64,000 bases of DNA. Source: Blepharisma stoltei ATCC 30299 (taxonomy: Eukaryota > Protista > Ciliophora). The notes under the pieces were generated by a model. It ran no database searches, was not told the DNA's origin, and saw only the letters and a program-made list of their open reading frames with translations. Below, one piece after another: positions 1-12,100 of the stretch (its first letter is position 1; each line of letters begins with the position of its first letter). Location of the stretch: the NCBI GenBank assembly GCA_965603825.1, contig CBFDEM010000040.1:744001-808000 (forward strand). Reading direction: 5' to 3'. The position numbers and the translations under genes were made by a program.

Positions 1-261
1 ATCGATTTTTCTTATAAATGACAAAATTTTATATTTTAAAATAATTTTTATCAAAAGATGTGTAAAATATGAGAGATAATAAGACTATGATTATGAAATA
101 GTTTTCCTAATTATAATGAAATTCAAAAATATTTAAACAAATTATTTAATAGCAGGAATTAATTGAATATTTTTCTTAAATTAATAAAATTAAATTTTAA
201 AATTATCATGATAAATTTATTTATTAATTATCACATAATAGTCTAAGATAATCTGACATAA

Positions 262-1515
262 ATGAACAATTGCGAAGAAGCCGACTGTAATCTAATTGCC
301 AAACAATCCTGCGATTGCAAAGGGGCCTCATTTAGACTGTGCGACACACATCTTTCTCTCCATTTAAGCGACAATCCTCTCACAGATCACAACCTTAAAA
401 GTCTCCTTAAAATGAACATTCAATCAAGAAATCTCGTTATCCAAAAATTACTATACATAAAAGACCAAACCTGCAAACAAATATCAATGATAAATCAGCA
501 ATCTTCAGCTTTAATTAATACTATACAAGCTGAAACAGCGCACATTTTAACCCATATGAATGAAATAATTGCATTATGTGAAGAAACCTATCAACGGCTC
601 ATTACAATCGATGACATTCCTGATAAACAGTTTTACACTCCATTTAAAAATCTACTAAAATCTGATATTTACTATACCGGAAAATGCCTTGAAGAATGAA
701 ATTACCCTACTTTTAAAGTAAAAATTCCTGAAGACTCCGTTTTTACTATAAATTATTCACCATTATCCCACTTAATTAATGGCTATAATGACTATTTTAT
801 GTACTTAGACACAGACAGAAATATTGTCGTAAATAACGGGTATACAGAAAAAAAATTATTTAATTTCGACGATTTCACATTAAGGCTGCTACAAGTAAGC
901 CCAAAAATAATATTAGTAACTGGAGGCGACACAGACAGAAAACGCGCAGTCCTTTTAGACATTGAACAATTTTCCGTGACTCCTCTAGAAAATATGATAA
1001 TGGAAAGACAGTGGCATGCTTGTACCTGAATTGATGGCTGGCCAGCAGTTATAGGAGGATTTGATGGAGAAAATGATTTAGACAGTGTAGAAATATTTGA
1101 AAAAGAAAAATGAAGACAAATTTCTAGCTTAAACCGGAAAAGAAGCACACCTTCAGCTGTAAATATGGGAGATGTTGTGTATGTATTTGGAGGGTTTGAG
1201 GTAGATACTATAGAAAAATATGAAAATCATTGGTGGACTTTACTTGAAATTAAATTGCCAACAGAAAATGCTGCGGTAGGGTTAATTAGTTTGACGAATT
1301 CAAGTGTGATTTGTTTTGGAGGTTGGCATAATGAAGAAGAATATTATAATTTTAAGGCCATGATTAATTTTAAAAATTCAGAATGGCTGGAGATGAGGGA
1401 GTTAGAAAATGAAGGGTGCTTTTTTTATCAGTCTTATATAGTCAAGGACAGAATTATTGTAGGGAAAATTGACAGAAATGAATTTACACGAGATTTTGCT
1501 CTAGAGTTTAAATAA
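262..1515 (+). CDS. Kelch-repeat protein with N-terminal Cys/His (B-box-like) segment and coiled coil
   Basis: ORFs 262, 799 and 1165 share one frame, joined through TGA=Trp at 697, 1027 and 1111. Kelch motifs VIGGFDG..DSVE..W and VYVFGG. Ends in TAA. Confidence 0.8.
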
Positions 1516-1529
1516 GCTAATAATATAAT

Positions 1530-2594
1530 ATGGAAAGATTGGCAACAGTTGAATATATTTCTCCAATAAAACCTGAAGATACTCCTATTGAAGATCCTGT
1601 CATAACTGGCTGCCAATCTTCAGACGAAGTCAGCAATGATATTAACCCAGAAATTGACAATTTTTTAGAAAATAAACTGGCAGAGGGAAATGAAAATACT
1701 ATAAAAATTGATGACCAAAGCGTCTTATTGGACTCTCTACATAATGAAACTGTTTCCAAAATAATGAACCTTTACTATGACGATAAAATATATGACGCTT
1801 TATTAGAGCTTAACCATTTCAAATCATCCTGTGGAGGAAATATCAACCACTACCCTGACTTATTAGAAATAGAAAAAGATTACCAAGAAATCCAAGCAAT
1901 TTATGACCAATTTGAAGATAAAGAAGCCTGAACCCCAGTTCCTTCGAAAGACCCAATCAAGCTGAGTTTTAAAGCAGTCCCTGGCACTCCTACTATATCT
2001 ATACTTTCAGAAACTGAATTTGAGGTCCCAGTCTTCAATATTCTGACACTTATTTATGAGCATGACCTCTATCCTCTATGAATCCCTTTCTGTAAAAAAT
2101 CTTCATTAATAAAACAGCTTTCGAGGGCCAGAAAAATTTTAGCCCAAGACTTTAACGTTAGCAAAATCGCCAGAAGGGAAACCTGCTTATATGGGTTTGG
2201 GGCTGATTTATTGCAAACTCATGGAGCCATTATGATTATTTGTAGATCTTGTGACAATGAGGATACTTTTAAAGGAGTCGCTTTGCCTCCTAGAGGAAAA
2301 GCTATAAGGGCGAAAGTGACATTTCTTGGCTGTATGATAAAGCCTATAGATAGATGCAGGACTTATGTAAAATTTATATCAAATTTTGACCCAAGCATAA
2401 AGTTTCTTCCTTATTCGATTTTAAATTATTTTACGAAAAAATTGGCAAAAATTGGGTTTAGGCTTATAATTAAGCATGCGAAAAATTTTGAAGGGAGTGA
2501 GTGGCAGAAAAGGCTGGATGCCCCGGAAAATAGAGAATTGTATGGTCATATAGAAAGAGTACTGGAAAATTATTATATTTCAAAAGGATTGTAA
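1530..2594 (+). CDS. START/lipid-transfer domain protein
   Basis: Single frame through TGA at 1929 and 2079 (LYPL-W-IPFC). START-like C-terminus (IKPIDRCRTYVKFISNFDP..LP). Confidence 0.7.
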
Positions 2595-2605
2595 TTAAAA
2601 AATTA

Positions 2606-3664
2606 CTAAAACACAGAATTATTTAAACTTAGTGGACCTAGATTTGTTATTCTTGAATCAGGCCTGCAGTGCTTCATTGTTTCGTGAACAGATGCATTTA
2701 TTGCTTCTGTTCATTCAGATTTATATAGCAGCTCATCTTGAAGCGAGCTTGATTTTCTTCTTTTATTTCTTACAATTTTTTTCGCAACTGCTCCTTCAAT
2801 TACTTTAAGCAGCTTTTTTCCTCTCTCATGCTCAATTACTTCACTCTCTTCAATCAAATTAGTTTTTATCGGCGATACTGTAAACTGCTTAATTTTACTC
2901 CTCGATAGCTCTTCTTTTGCCGCTCTCAAAACTGGGCTAAGGCTCATTCTCTTATTTTGCAGCCTCACAGCAATCATTGCTTGCACCCTAGTTTTATTTA
3001 TTTGGTTTGAAAACATTCCACGCCCATTTAATTGTGCAAGCTCACTGTCTGCGTTTTTTTCTAATTTTTTTTTATAAGAATTCATGTCAGCAATTATTTT
3101 GGCTTTGAGATGACTTTTTTCAGCTGGGCTGACGCAGTTAACGTACATTAAATATTCTTTTGCCTTTATTTGGCTTGGGGATTCATTTCTTTGAGAATCT
3201 AAATTTCAATCTCTGTGGGTTTTTATGATGGATTCTATTTTTTGTGGAATTATTGGGGAGGGCTTGCGAAAACCTTCAATTATTTTGGGGGAAAATTTGT
3301 CATTGAATTTTATAGGAGGAAGATCTTCGGCTGGCTGGTCAATTATAGGACCTGCAGCTCGGATTCGAGGACGGCCTGCACGCTGGTCTTTGAAAGGGTC
3401 TGAAAAGTGAAATCGGCCATAGGAAAAACCGGCTTCTGTTAGATAGTTTTTAGATCTTTCAGAAACTGCTTCAGGGGATTTATTATAAAAATCTTTATCT
3501 CTTTGACGGACTCTGTATCCTGGTTTTATTCGCTTTAAGACTGAAAAATATTCAGAGTTTACAGGTTTCTTCCTTAAAGTTTCCAAAATAAGCTGATTTA
3601 TAGGATCAATGTGCTGACTTTCCTGACTGTCACTATCAGAGTCTTTTTCATTTTCATCAATCAT
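2606..3664 (-). CDS. Hypothetical basic protein
   Basis: ORFs 3206-3664 and 2711-3148 are in frame via TGA=Trp and continue to TAG at 2606. Confidence 0.7.
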
Positions 3665-3887
3665 TTTTACTCGAATTTAAAAATTCAACTGCTTCATATT
3701 CAATTTGATAAAGTTTACTTTATAAGCAAATTAAATCGCTTTTTTAATATTAATATTTATAATAAAGACACTTAAATATTCATAAGAATATCCAATATTT
3801 TGCTATAGAAAAGAACAGATTTCAGCTAAACCTATTATTTATGCTTTATCAATTTAATTTTTGAGAATTTCTATTAAATATTAGTTA

Positions 3888-4415
3888 TTATGAATCCTTG
3901 AAGCAATTATCACATACTCTAACTGGCGTATTATATTCTAACTCTGGTATAGCTATTTTATTTGAGGAATGCAGATAGCAATAAACCTTTCCACATTTTC
4001 TGCAATGATGCTGCCTATTAGAGACACTAAAATCTACGTTGCATTGTTTGCAAGCCAAATTTTCAATAGGATCTTCTCATATTGGTCTTTTTGCTTTCTT
4101 AATCAAGCTTACCCAGCTTATATATTCATCATTTGTTTCAAATTTTAATTGCCACTGTTGAATTTGGCCTCTAATGTTTTTTACCTCAAGTACTAAAATA
4201 GCTTCATCAGGGTTTTCTAACCGAATTTTAAAGTTTTTATCGAAAAAAGCTTTATTTTTAGAAGGAATGTTTTGGCCATCTGAATATTTCAGAGATTTGT
4301 GGGAAAGCCTGAAATATTTCTTTTTTTCTTTTTCTTTAGTCGTGATTGATATATATCCTTGAGTTTTTATATCATTTCTATCATATTCTATGTGTTTCGA
4401 AGGTTTTGGCCCCAT
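3888..4415 (-). CDS. PH-FYVE domain protein, possibly N-myristoylated (MGPKPS)
   Basis: Reading TGA 4077 as W gives [23 protein letters not shown], a FYVE finger after a PH-like N-terminus. TAA at 3888. Confidence 0.85.
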
Positions 4416-4457
4416 ATTGAATATTAATCTGTTAGTTAAAATATTATAAAAAATCTG

Positions 4458-5303
4458 ATGAAAACAAGCTTAGAGCTCTATGCCCGCTATTCTTCAGCAC
4501 TGAGGATAAAGGCTTTCCCACCTCATGTTTTGACTCCCAATCTTTATTCATATTACTCAACCCATCACCATCCAAAACTTACCCTTGAGCCTTTTCACTC
4601 CTCTATTAAACAGTATTTTAAATTTTATGACAAAGTCCTCCACCACACTCATATTTCTTCTTTGCTTGACTCAAATTTCTTTACTCAGACGAGAAAAGAC
4701 TACTTAAAGCCACTAGCAATTGTCGGCCCTTCAGGGGTTGGAAAAAGCACACTTATTACAAAAATGATTGAAAACTTCCAAAGCAATTTTGAGTTTTCTG
4801 TATCTTCTACTACAAGGAAGCCAAGAAATGGGGAAACTCATGGAGTTGAATATTATTTTTTAACAAGGGAAGAATTTATGGAGCAGGTAAAAAAAGGAGA
4901 ATTTGTGGAATGGGCTGAAGTCCATGGGAATTTTTATGGTACAAGCAAAAAAGCCATAGAAAATATACAAAAGAAGGGGAAAATTTGTATTATGGATATT
5001 GATGTACAAGGAGTCAAGACTATTTCAAAAAGCGGGCTACAAATTAATTCAATTTTCGTTCAGCCAAAAAGTACAGAGCAATTAGTACAAAGACTTAGGA
5101 GTAGAGGAAAAGATAGTGAAGAAGCCATCGCTATAAGAGCAAAAAATGCTGATTCAGAAATGACTTTTGCTGCCTCAAACCAGCATTTATTTAGGAAATT
5201 TTTAGTGAATGATGATATAAATATAGCATCAGATGAGCTACAAGATTGCATTCTTCAACTATACCAGCACATAGATATACAAAATCTGGTTCCATCAGCT
5301 TAG
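4458..5303 (+). CDS. GUK1: Guanylate kinase with ~85-aa N-terminal extension
   Basis: GPSGVGKS P-loop, SVSSTTRKPRNGE, YYF, EWAEVHGNFYGT, DIDVQG. Confidence 0.9.
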   Translation: MKTSLELYARYSSALRIKAFPPHVLTPNLYSYYSTHHHPKLTLEPFHSSIKQYFKFYDKVLHHTHISSLLDSNFFTQTRKDYLKPLAIVGPSGVGKSTLITKMIENFQSNFEFSVSSTTRKPRNGETHGVEYYFLTREEFMEQVKKGEFVEWAEVHGNFYGTSKKAIENIQKKGKICIMDIDVQGVKTISKSGLQINSIFVQPKSTEQLVQRLRSRGKDSEEAIAIRAKNADSEMTFAASNQHLFRKFLVNDDINIASDELQDCILQLYQHIDIQNLVPSA

Positions 5304-5420
5304 GTAATATAAAAAGCTATACATAAAAAATAGGATTTAATTACACATTTATCAATATTTATCTTTAAAAAACATCAATAATTTATGCTTTAGGAAAATA
5401 TTTCAATGCATCAATAGCCG

Positions 5421-7688
5421 TTATGATTGCACCTGCATGGACGAGCTGCAGTTAGAAGAAAACCTATCAAAAGACATTATATCAGGAGCTAATAGTTCTG
5501 GCAAGCTTTGGACTGCATATCTATGATTTTTATCTATAGTACTAGAAGATTCTGTGAATTCAGGATGATATAGCAACCCTGATAGATGAGAATCAACAGA
5601 AATTGAGTTGTCTCTTGTAGTTTCTCTAAATGTGCTTTTTCTGATAAATCCGTCTGGATTTCTGACCCATTCATGCCGCAATGCTTCTTCGGCTGACAAT
5701 CTTTCATTTGGATCTCTATTTAATAACTTTTGTACAAAATCCAAAGCTTGAGGTGAAAATCTTTTTCAATGCTCAACGCTAAAATCTATAGGAGCTTTTA
5801 GGGTCATTTCAATTAATTCGTGCTTTTCTGGGTGGTCCAATGGTAATCTATGATGAAGCATCAAATAAGCGATAACCCCAATGCTCCATAAATCGACTTT
5901 ATTATCATAACCTTTTTTTGCTAACACCTCAGGAGCTACATATCCTAATGTCCCACATGATAAAGTTTGCAAGGTCCCTGGTAACGCAAGCTGGGAAAGC
6001 CCAAAATCAGCAAGCTTGATTTTGGGGACTTCTGACTCATCAACTAATAAAATGTTTTCAGGCTTTATATCTCTATGGATAATTCCAACATCATGCAGGT
6101 ATTTAACGACTTCAAGCAGCTGCTTTATCACTTGGCTTGTGGCGTATTCAGTGAAATATTTTCTATTTACAATCCTCTGATATAATTCTCCTCCACATAC
6201 CTGTTCCATTACAATCAGCATATGTTTTTTAGTATCAAAGACTTCTTTTAACTGTATCACACCTGGATGGTCTAAAAGCCTCATAATAGCAATTTCGCTT
6301 CTGAGCATCTCAGCTTCATTATGAGAAAGCCTGGCTTTTGTAATTATTTTCACCGCATATTTTTTATTTGAAGCATGCTCTATTACAATATGGACATCAG
6401 AATATCGTCCATGGCCAATTTTTTCTTTTAATTCATAAAACTCTTTAAATTTCCTGGTTTTTGCAGCAATTTCTAAAAGTTTAATTCATTCGTCTCGTTC
6501 TTTTCGAGAGTCAAACCATAGGTTAATTTCATTATAAGCACTGGATTCGTGTGAAATTGAAATTCCAAATTTTTTTGAAACATAATAATCACCTATAATA
6601 TCCACATAGCACCCATCCATAAAGATTACTCCAGAAGGCATTTTATCTTCAGGATTTTCATGAATTAATAGCAAACTTTTCTTCAACGCAGCAAATTTTT
6701 TCTCAAAAACGCTAGTTTCTTTATTTTTCTGGTATAAAAATCCAGAAAAATCGCATGAATTAATTGAAGGGAATTTATCAAGTCTAAAATCAGCAAAAGT
6801 TTGTGCAGATACCAGCCCGCCGATAGTTCGGCATCTTTTCCGTTGTTTTCTTTCTCTGATTATTGTTACATCTGGTTGCACCCCAAGCCAAATATCTTCT
6901 TTATAAGATGCCCTAAAAACTTCAAAAATTTTAGGGTGTTGGCTTAGAAAATTAGTAAAATCTTGAAATGTCAAGGTATTTTTATCCCCAAAAGTATCTA
7001 AAATATGTGCTGCAATCATTTGCACCCTTCTTTCTTGGAATTGAGTAGCAATCGATTTTTCTTTATTTACTGGGTACTCTTCGTCAGGAAAAGCTGAAGT
7101 GGTTCTTCTTTTTTCGATCCTTCTCATAGGATGTTTTGCTGGCGTTCCTAATTGTATAAACAAATCTTGCCCACCAGAAGTATCAGTTGTAGACGTTGGC
7201 AATGGCAGCAAATCCGCTGTTTCTTTATAAGTATTGTGAATCTAAATAGAAAATACAATAGTAACTAATTCATTTTTATCAATAACGCCGTCTTCTTTCA
7301 AATCATACAGATCAAAAATAATTTTATATTTTTCTTCAAGTGTTCCTTTGCTGAAGGACGATAATCCTAACAGAAAGTCTTCGTAATTTATTGAGCCTTG
7401 TTTTGATGTATCGAATTTTTGAAAAAGCCTTTCTCCTAGGAGACCCTACTTAGAAGTTACAGGCAGCGAAAAAAATTGGATAAACGTGTTTTTGTCGATA
7501 GCTTCGTCGTCGCTTGTTTTCCTTGATAAGTCTTTGTAGAGATCTTTTAATACCCTTAACTCATCTTTCGTGACTGAATAGTTTTTACATTTAAGGAGCA
7601 CTTTCTTAATTTTTGGGACGGTTCGGACAGTTGTTTGAGTTGTGGGGACTGGAGTAATGACCTTAACTTTACATGCGCAAATACCCAT
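5421..7688 (-). CDS. EF-hand + PH + CaMK-type protein kinase (CDPK7-like architecture), MGICAC acylation motif
   Basis: Four ORF pieces joined by 15-nt introns (7446-7460, 7242-7256) and TGA=W (6486, 5766). EF-hands DTSKQGSINYEDF and DLKEDGVIDKNE. Kinase motifs AVK, HRDIKPEN, DFG, GTLGYVAPE. Confidence 0.85.
7242..7256 (-). other. 15-nt spliceosomal intron GTATTTTCTATTTAG
   Basis: Phase 0, removes an in-frame TAG, A at -6. Confidence 0.85.
7446..7460 (-). other. 15-nt spliceosomal intron GTAACTTCTAAGTAG
   Basis: Removal restores FSLP|GLLGERLF, the motif preceding the first EF-hand. Confidence 0.9.
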
Positions 7689-8097
7689 GATTTTTATTTA
7701 TCTTTTACCCATTAGCTTGAAACCTTAATTGCCTTATGGTGACTTTCAGATATAAAATTAGACTAATAGAAAATATGATATGAAAAAAACATTTTTAGCA
7801 ATAAGATCATAGGTATTAAAAAATCAGTGGCCAGCATTAAAAGTGTGCATAAGTTAACTGTAATTGGCTGAGATAATAGACTTAAATAAGTCTAGATTTA
7901 GCTAAAATAGAATTTATAGCTGCTCTTTGAGGATCTTTTGATCTGTTTTATAACTAATTAAATTTCCAGAAGATTATCATTATTTTCTTTCATTAGCTTG
8001 TCAGAATTACTTATCTTTGAAACTATCAAAATATGCATTTTCCATTTAAATTCGCTTATCTAATTATAAGATTGAAATTTCAGTATTCATAAAATTA

Positions 8098-9111
8098 TTA
8101 AAAAATTTGGCATTTACACTTATCCTCCTTAATTATTTCATCAGGACTCTCACAAACACTAAGATTAACAGTGCTTTTAATCATCTTTTCTCTTTGTGCA
8201 TTTATTTTTTCAATTTCTTTTACTTTCAAAAATTCCTTTTCTTCTTTTTCTTTATTTTGCAAAGCATCAATTAATTTTTTATTTTGTTTTTGTTCTTCCT
8301 CCAGCTGGAGTTTCAAAATTTGCAGACCATCCATGATCTGCTGTGTATCAGCGATTCTTTCATTTTCAAGCTTTTTTAATCACTGTTTTAATTCTTTATT
8401 TTTTTCTTCTAATTTCTTGTTTAATATATCTTTTTCTTGGCCTTCTTGTTCTAAATTTCTAATAGTCCTTTGAAGTTTTGCGATTTTTTCATCTTTTTCT
8501 GATAAGTCTTCTTTTAACGTATTTTTCTCATTTTTCAGAAACTCATTTTCATGCATTAGGTCGTCAATTTTTCTCTCAAAATTTTCTTTTCTTTTTATAT
8601 TTTTATTATTTTTCAATTCATTAATTTCTGTTTCTGCTTCTTTTATATTTTCCTCTAAAATTTTAATTTTATTTCCTATTTCTTTTCGCTTATTCCTTTC
8701 TTCATATGCAAGCAGCGCGACAGTTTTGATTTTTTCTTTTAAAGAATCATTAGGATTCGAATGAAGCGAATAACTCCTCCTATCTAAAATTCCGCCATCA
8801 TTACTTTTGGACTGATTTTCATAGCAATTATCACAGCATCTTTGGGGATCTTTTAACCCCACAATTGGAAACCTATTTTCAGAGCAATTAGCACAAACTC
8901 CTCTAAAGCAAAATTTGCAAAAATATTTAGAGGCTTGATTTATTCCTTTACCAAACTTACAATGGCATACAATACAATTTGTGTCATCTTTTCAAGCTTG
9001 TGTATTAATAGAAGGGTCAGCTAAAGATTCTATTGTTACAAGTGCAGACTCAGAAATGGCTGATCCTCTTCTAATATTAGATCTCTCTATATGATTTTCA
9101 TTCGTTTCCAT
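8098..9111 (-). CDS. Degenerate FYVE finger + coiled coil with C-terminal CaaX box (CQIF)
   Basis: ATG 9111. W(TGA)KDDTNCIVC..CKFC..CANC..RCCDNC. TGA=W at 8380 joins the ORFs. Ends ..CKCQIF-TAA. Confidence 0.8.
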
Positions 9112-9140
9112 TTAAACTACAACTAATTTCATAATAATTC

Positions 9141-12100
9141 ATGCAGGAAGGAAAAAGGCGTGGAAAAGTGGAAAGAGTAAACGTACATTTAAGAGTTCGA
9201 CCTTTTAATGATGAAGATTTAAGCCTATATGGGAAAGATACTTCTATTGATACAATTGATCCGAATAGAGGTGTAATCGTAATTAAAAAAGATTGTGATA
9301 AAAAGACTTTTACGTTTGATTCAGTGTTTGAATCGACTGCGACGCAAAAGGAGATTTATGAAAGAGTAGGGCAGCCTGTTGTGAATAGCATATTAGAAGG
9401 ATACAATGGAACAATTTTTGCATATGGGCAAACCGGGACTGGGAAAACTCATACAATGATGGGAGCATCTGGAGAACAAAAAGGTGTAATCCCGCGAGCA
9501 ATCCAGCATATTTTTCAACACGTAAAAGAAGATACCGGCTTTACTTTTTCAATACAAGTAGGTTTTGTCCAGCTTTATATGGAAATGCTACAAGACTTAT
9601 TGTTTCCAGATAATGAAAATCAAGTGAAAATTAGAGAAGACCCTGATGAAGGGGTTTATTTGTCAGGCGTCCAATGGGTAACTGTAAATTCTGTCAAAGA
9701 TTGTATGGATTTAATGGTTATAGGTGACAGAAACCGAAATACAGCCTTTACAAGCATGAATTCTCATTCAAGCAGATCTCATGCAGTTTATATGGTAAAG
9801 CTTGAAAAAAGAAAAAAATATACAATAGAAGAGCTGGAAGCATTAGAAAAGCAAGGAGAAACGCCTGACCAAAGTATGACTAGAAGTACTTTGTATTTGG
9901 TAGATTTAGCTGGTAGCGAAAGAGTAAAAAAATCAAAAGCGGTCGGGAGTAGGCTTGATGAAGCAAAAAATATTAACTTAGCCTTGCTAGCTTTAGGAAA
10001 CTGCATTCAAGCACTTGCAGACAAAAAAGCAAAATATGTCCCTTTCCGTGACTCTAAACTGACACGCTTATTAGAAGATTCTTTAGGAGGAAATTCCAAA
10101 ACATCTTTAATTGTGACTATAGGGCCATCTTCTTCTCATGCTCAAGAAAGCATATCATCGTTGCAATTTGGCTCCAGAGCAATGAAGGTAGAAAATAGGC
10201 CTGAAATCAATAAAAAAGTTGACTATAGAGCTCTTTGTGCTCAACTCCAAGCTGAGCTTGACAAATTTAATGATGGTGAAAATCTTTGAATAATAGACAA
10301 GCAAAAATTAATGGAAGAAATAACAGAACTTAAAGAAAAAATTGAAGTCCTCACAAGTGAAAACGAAAGACTTGAGCTACTTAATCAAGAAAACCAGCAG
10401 GTGTCGACTGGATCAACCCAAGCTGCAATTGATGAATTTAAAAAAAATGAGGTTCAAAAAATACATTCGTATTATCAGTCAAAATTGGATAAAAAAAATG
10501 ATGAGCATAAAGCATTTTTAGAAGAAATTGATAAATTAATGCTTGAGCAAGAGCAAGATATAAATAGTATGAGAAATGAGATCATTGAATTAAAAAATAA
10601 AAACAGGTCTCTAAGAGAAGAGGTTAAAAAAAGCAAAGCTGAGTTTGAGGCTGAGAATAATGATAGACAGTTCAGGATTTCTGAATTATCAAATCAAATA
10701 GATGAAAGCAAAAAGAAATTAGCATCAGAAAAAGAAAAAAACCATATTTTGAATGAAAATTTAAAGGAAACTAAAGAAGATGCAAGACTTTTAGCACTAC
10801 AATTAGAAGCAACAAAAGCAAAGGTTAATAAAAGTTTGAAGAAAATAAACTTTAAAGGAGTAAAAGAGCTTTCACAAGCCTTGAGAAATGAACTACTTGC
10901 CAGTGGGAAAGAATTTAATATGCTTAAAGAAGGAATTACTGCAAAAATCAATCAAGCCATAAAATCCAAAATGAATGATTATAGTAAAGTTCTTGAAAAA
11001 GCAAAAAAAGAAATAATAACGAGAGAGCGACAAAGTAAAGCCAAGGACAATGAAATTAAAGATTTAAGAGAAGAAATAGAAATTTTGTGCAATAACCACA
11101 AGATTGAGCTTGAAAATCTAAAGTCTTCAATAAATAAAGAAAAAAACAATTCTGCAATGATAAGTGAAAAACTTCAACAGAAAGAAACTGAAATTGAAGC
11201 AAATAAAAAAGCTTATGAAGAACAATTAAATAATAAAGATTCTGAGCATGCAGACATATTTAAAAAGCTTGAGCAAAATATAGAATTTCTTACAAAAGAA
11301 AAAGTGGAAATAATGAAAGACAGATCTCAGCTCATTGATAAATTGGATTCTTTATCTAAAAAAACATCATTTATTGTTAGAGACAAAACAAAAATTTCTG
11401 TTGAAAACGAAGAGAATGTGAAATACATAAAAAAACTAGAAGAAGATTTAGAATCTGCGACTATAGAGTTATCAAGACTAAAAGAAATTTTATTTGAAAC
11501 GAATTCAGAACTCCAGTCTCTTAAAGAAGAAAACTCTGTTCTTACATCAAAATTAAATTCAAATAAAAGTGAAATCTTACTATTAAAACAGTCAGTTTCT
11601 GATCTTGATGCTAAAAAAATTGAAGCTGAAAAAACTTTTGAAATTAAAAATAAAGAAATAAATGATAAAGACTCAGAAATTATAAAGCTCAGCAAAGACT
11701 TTGAAAATCTTAACCAAGAATATACAACTCTGATGAAATTAAATCGCGAAATGAAAGAAAATCTCGAAATAGAACGAGAAAATGGCGAAAAGCAAGCTGA
11801 AATCATTGATGATCTTAGTGATAAAACAAAAAATTTGGAAGAAGAAATTGTAGAAATTAAAGCCAATTATGAAGAAAAACTAAAATTAAAAGAGTCTGAA
11901 AAAGCAGACTCTCAAGTAAAATTCGAGCAAAATATAGAACTTCTTACAAGTGAAAAACTAGAAATAATGAAAGACAGATCTCAAATAATTGACAAATTGG
12001 ATTCTTTGTCTAAAAAATACTCCCTAATTGAAAGCGAAAAAGAAAAACTTTTGCTTGAAAATAAAGAAAATAATTTATATGCTAAAAAACTTGAAGAAAA

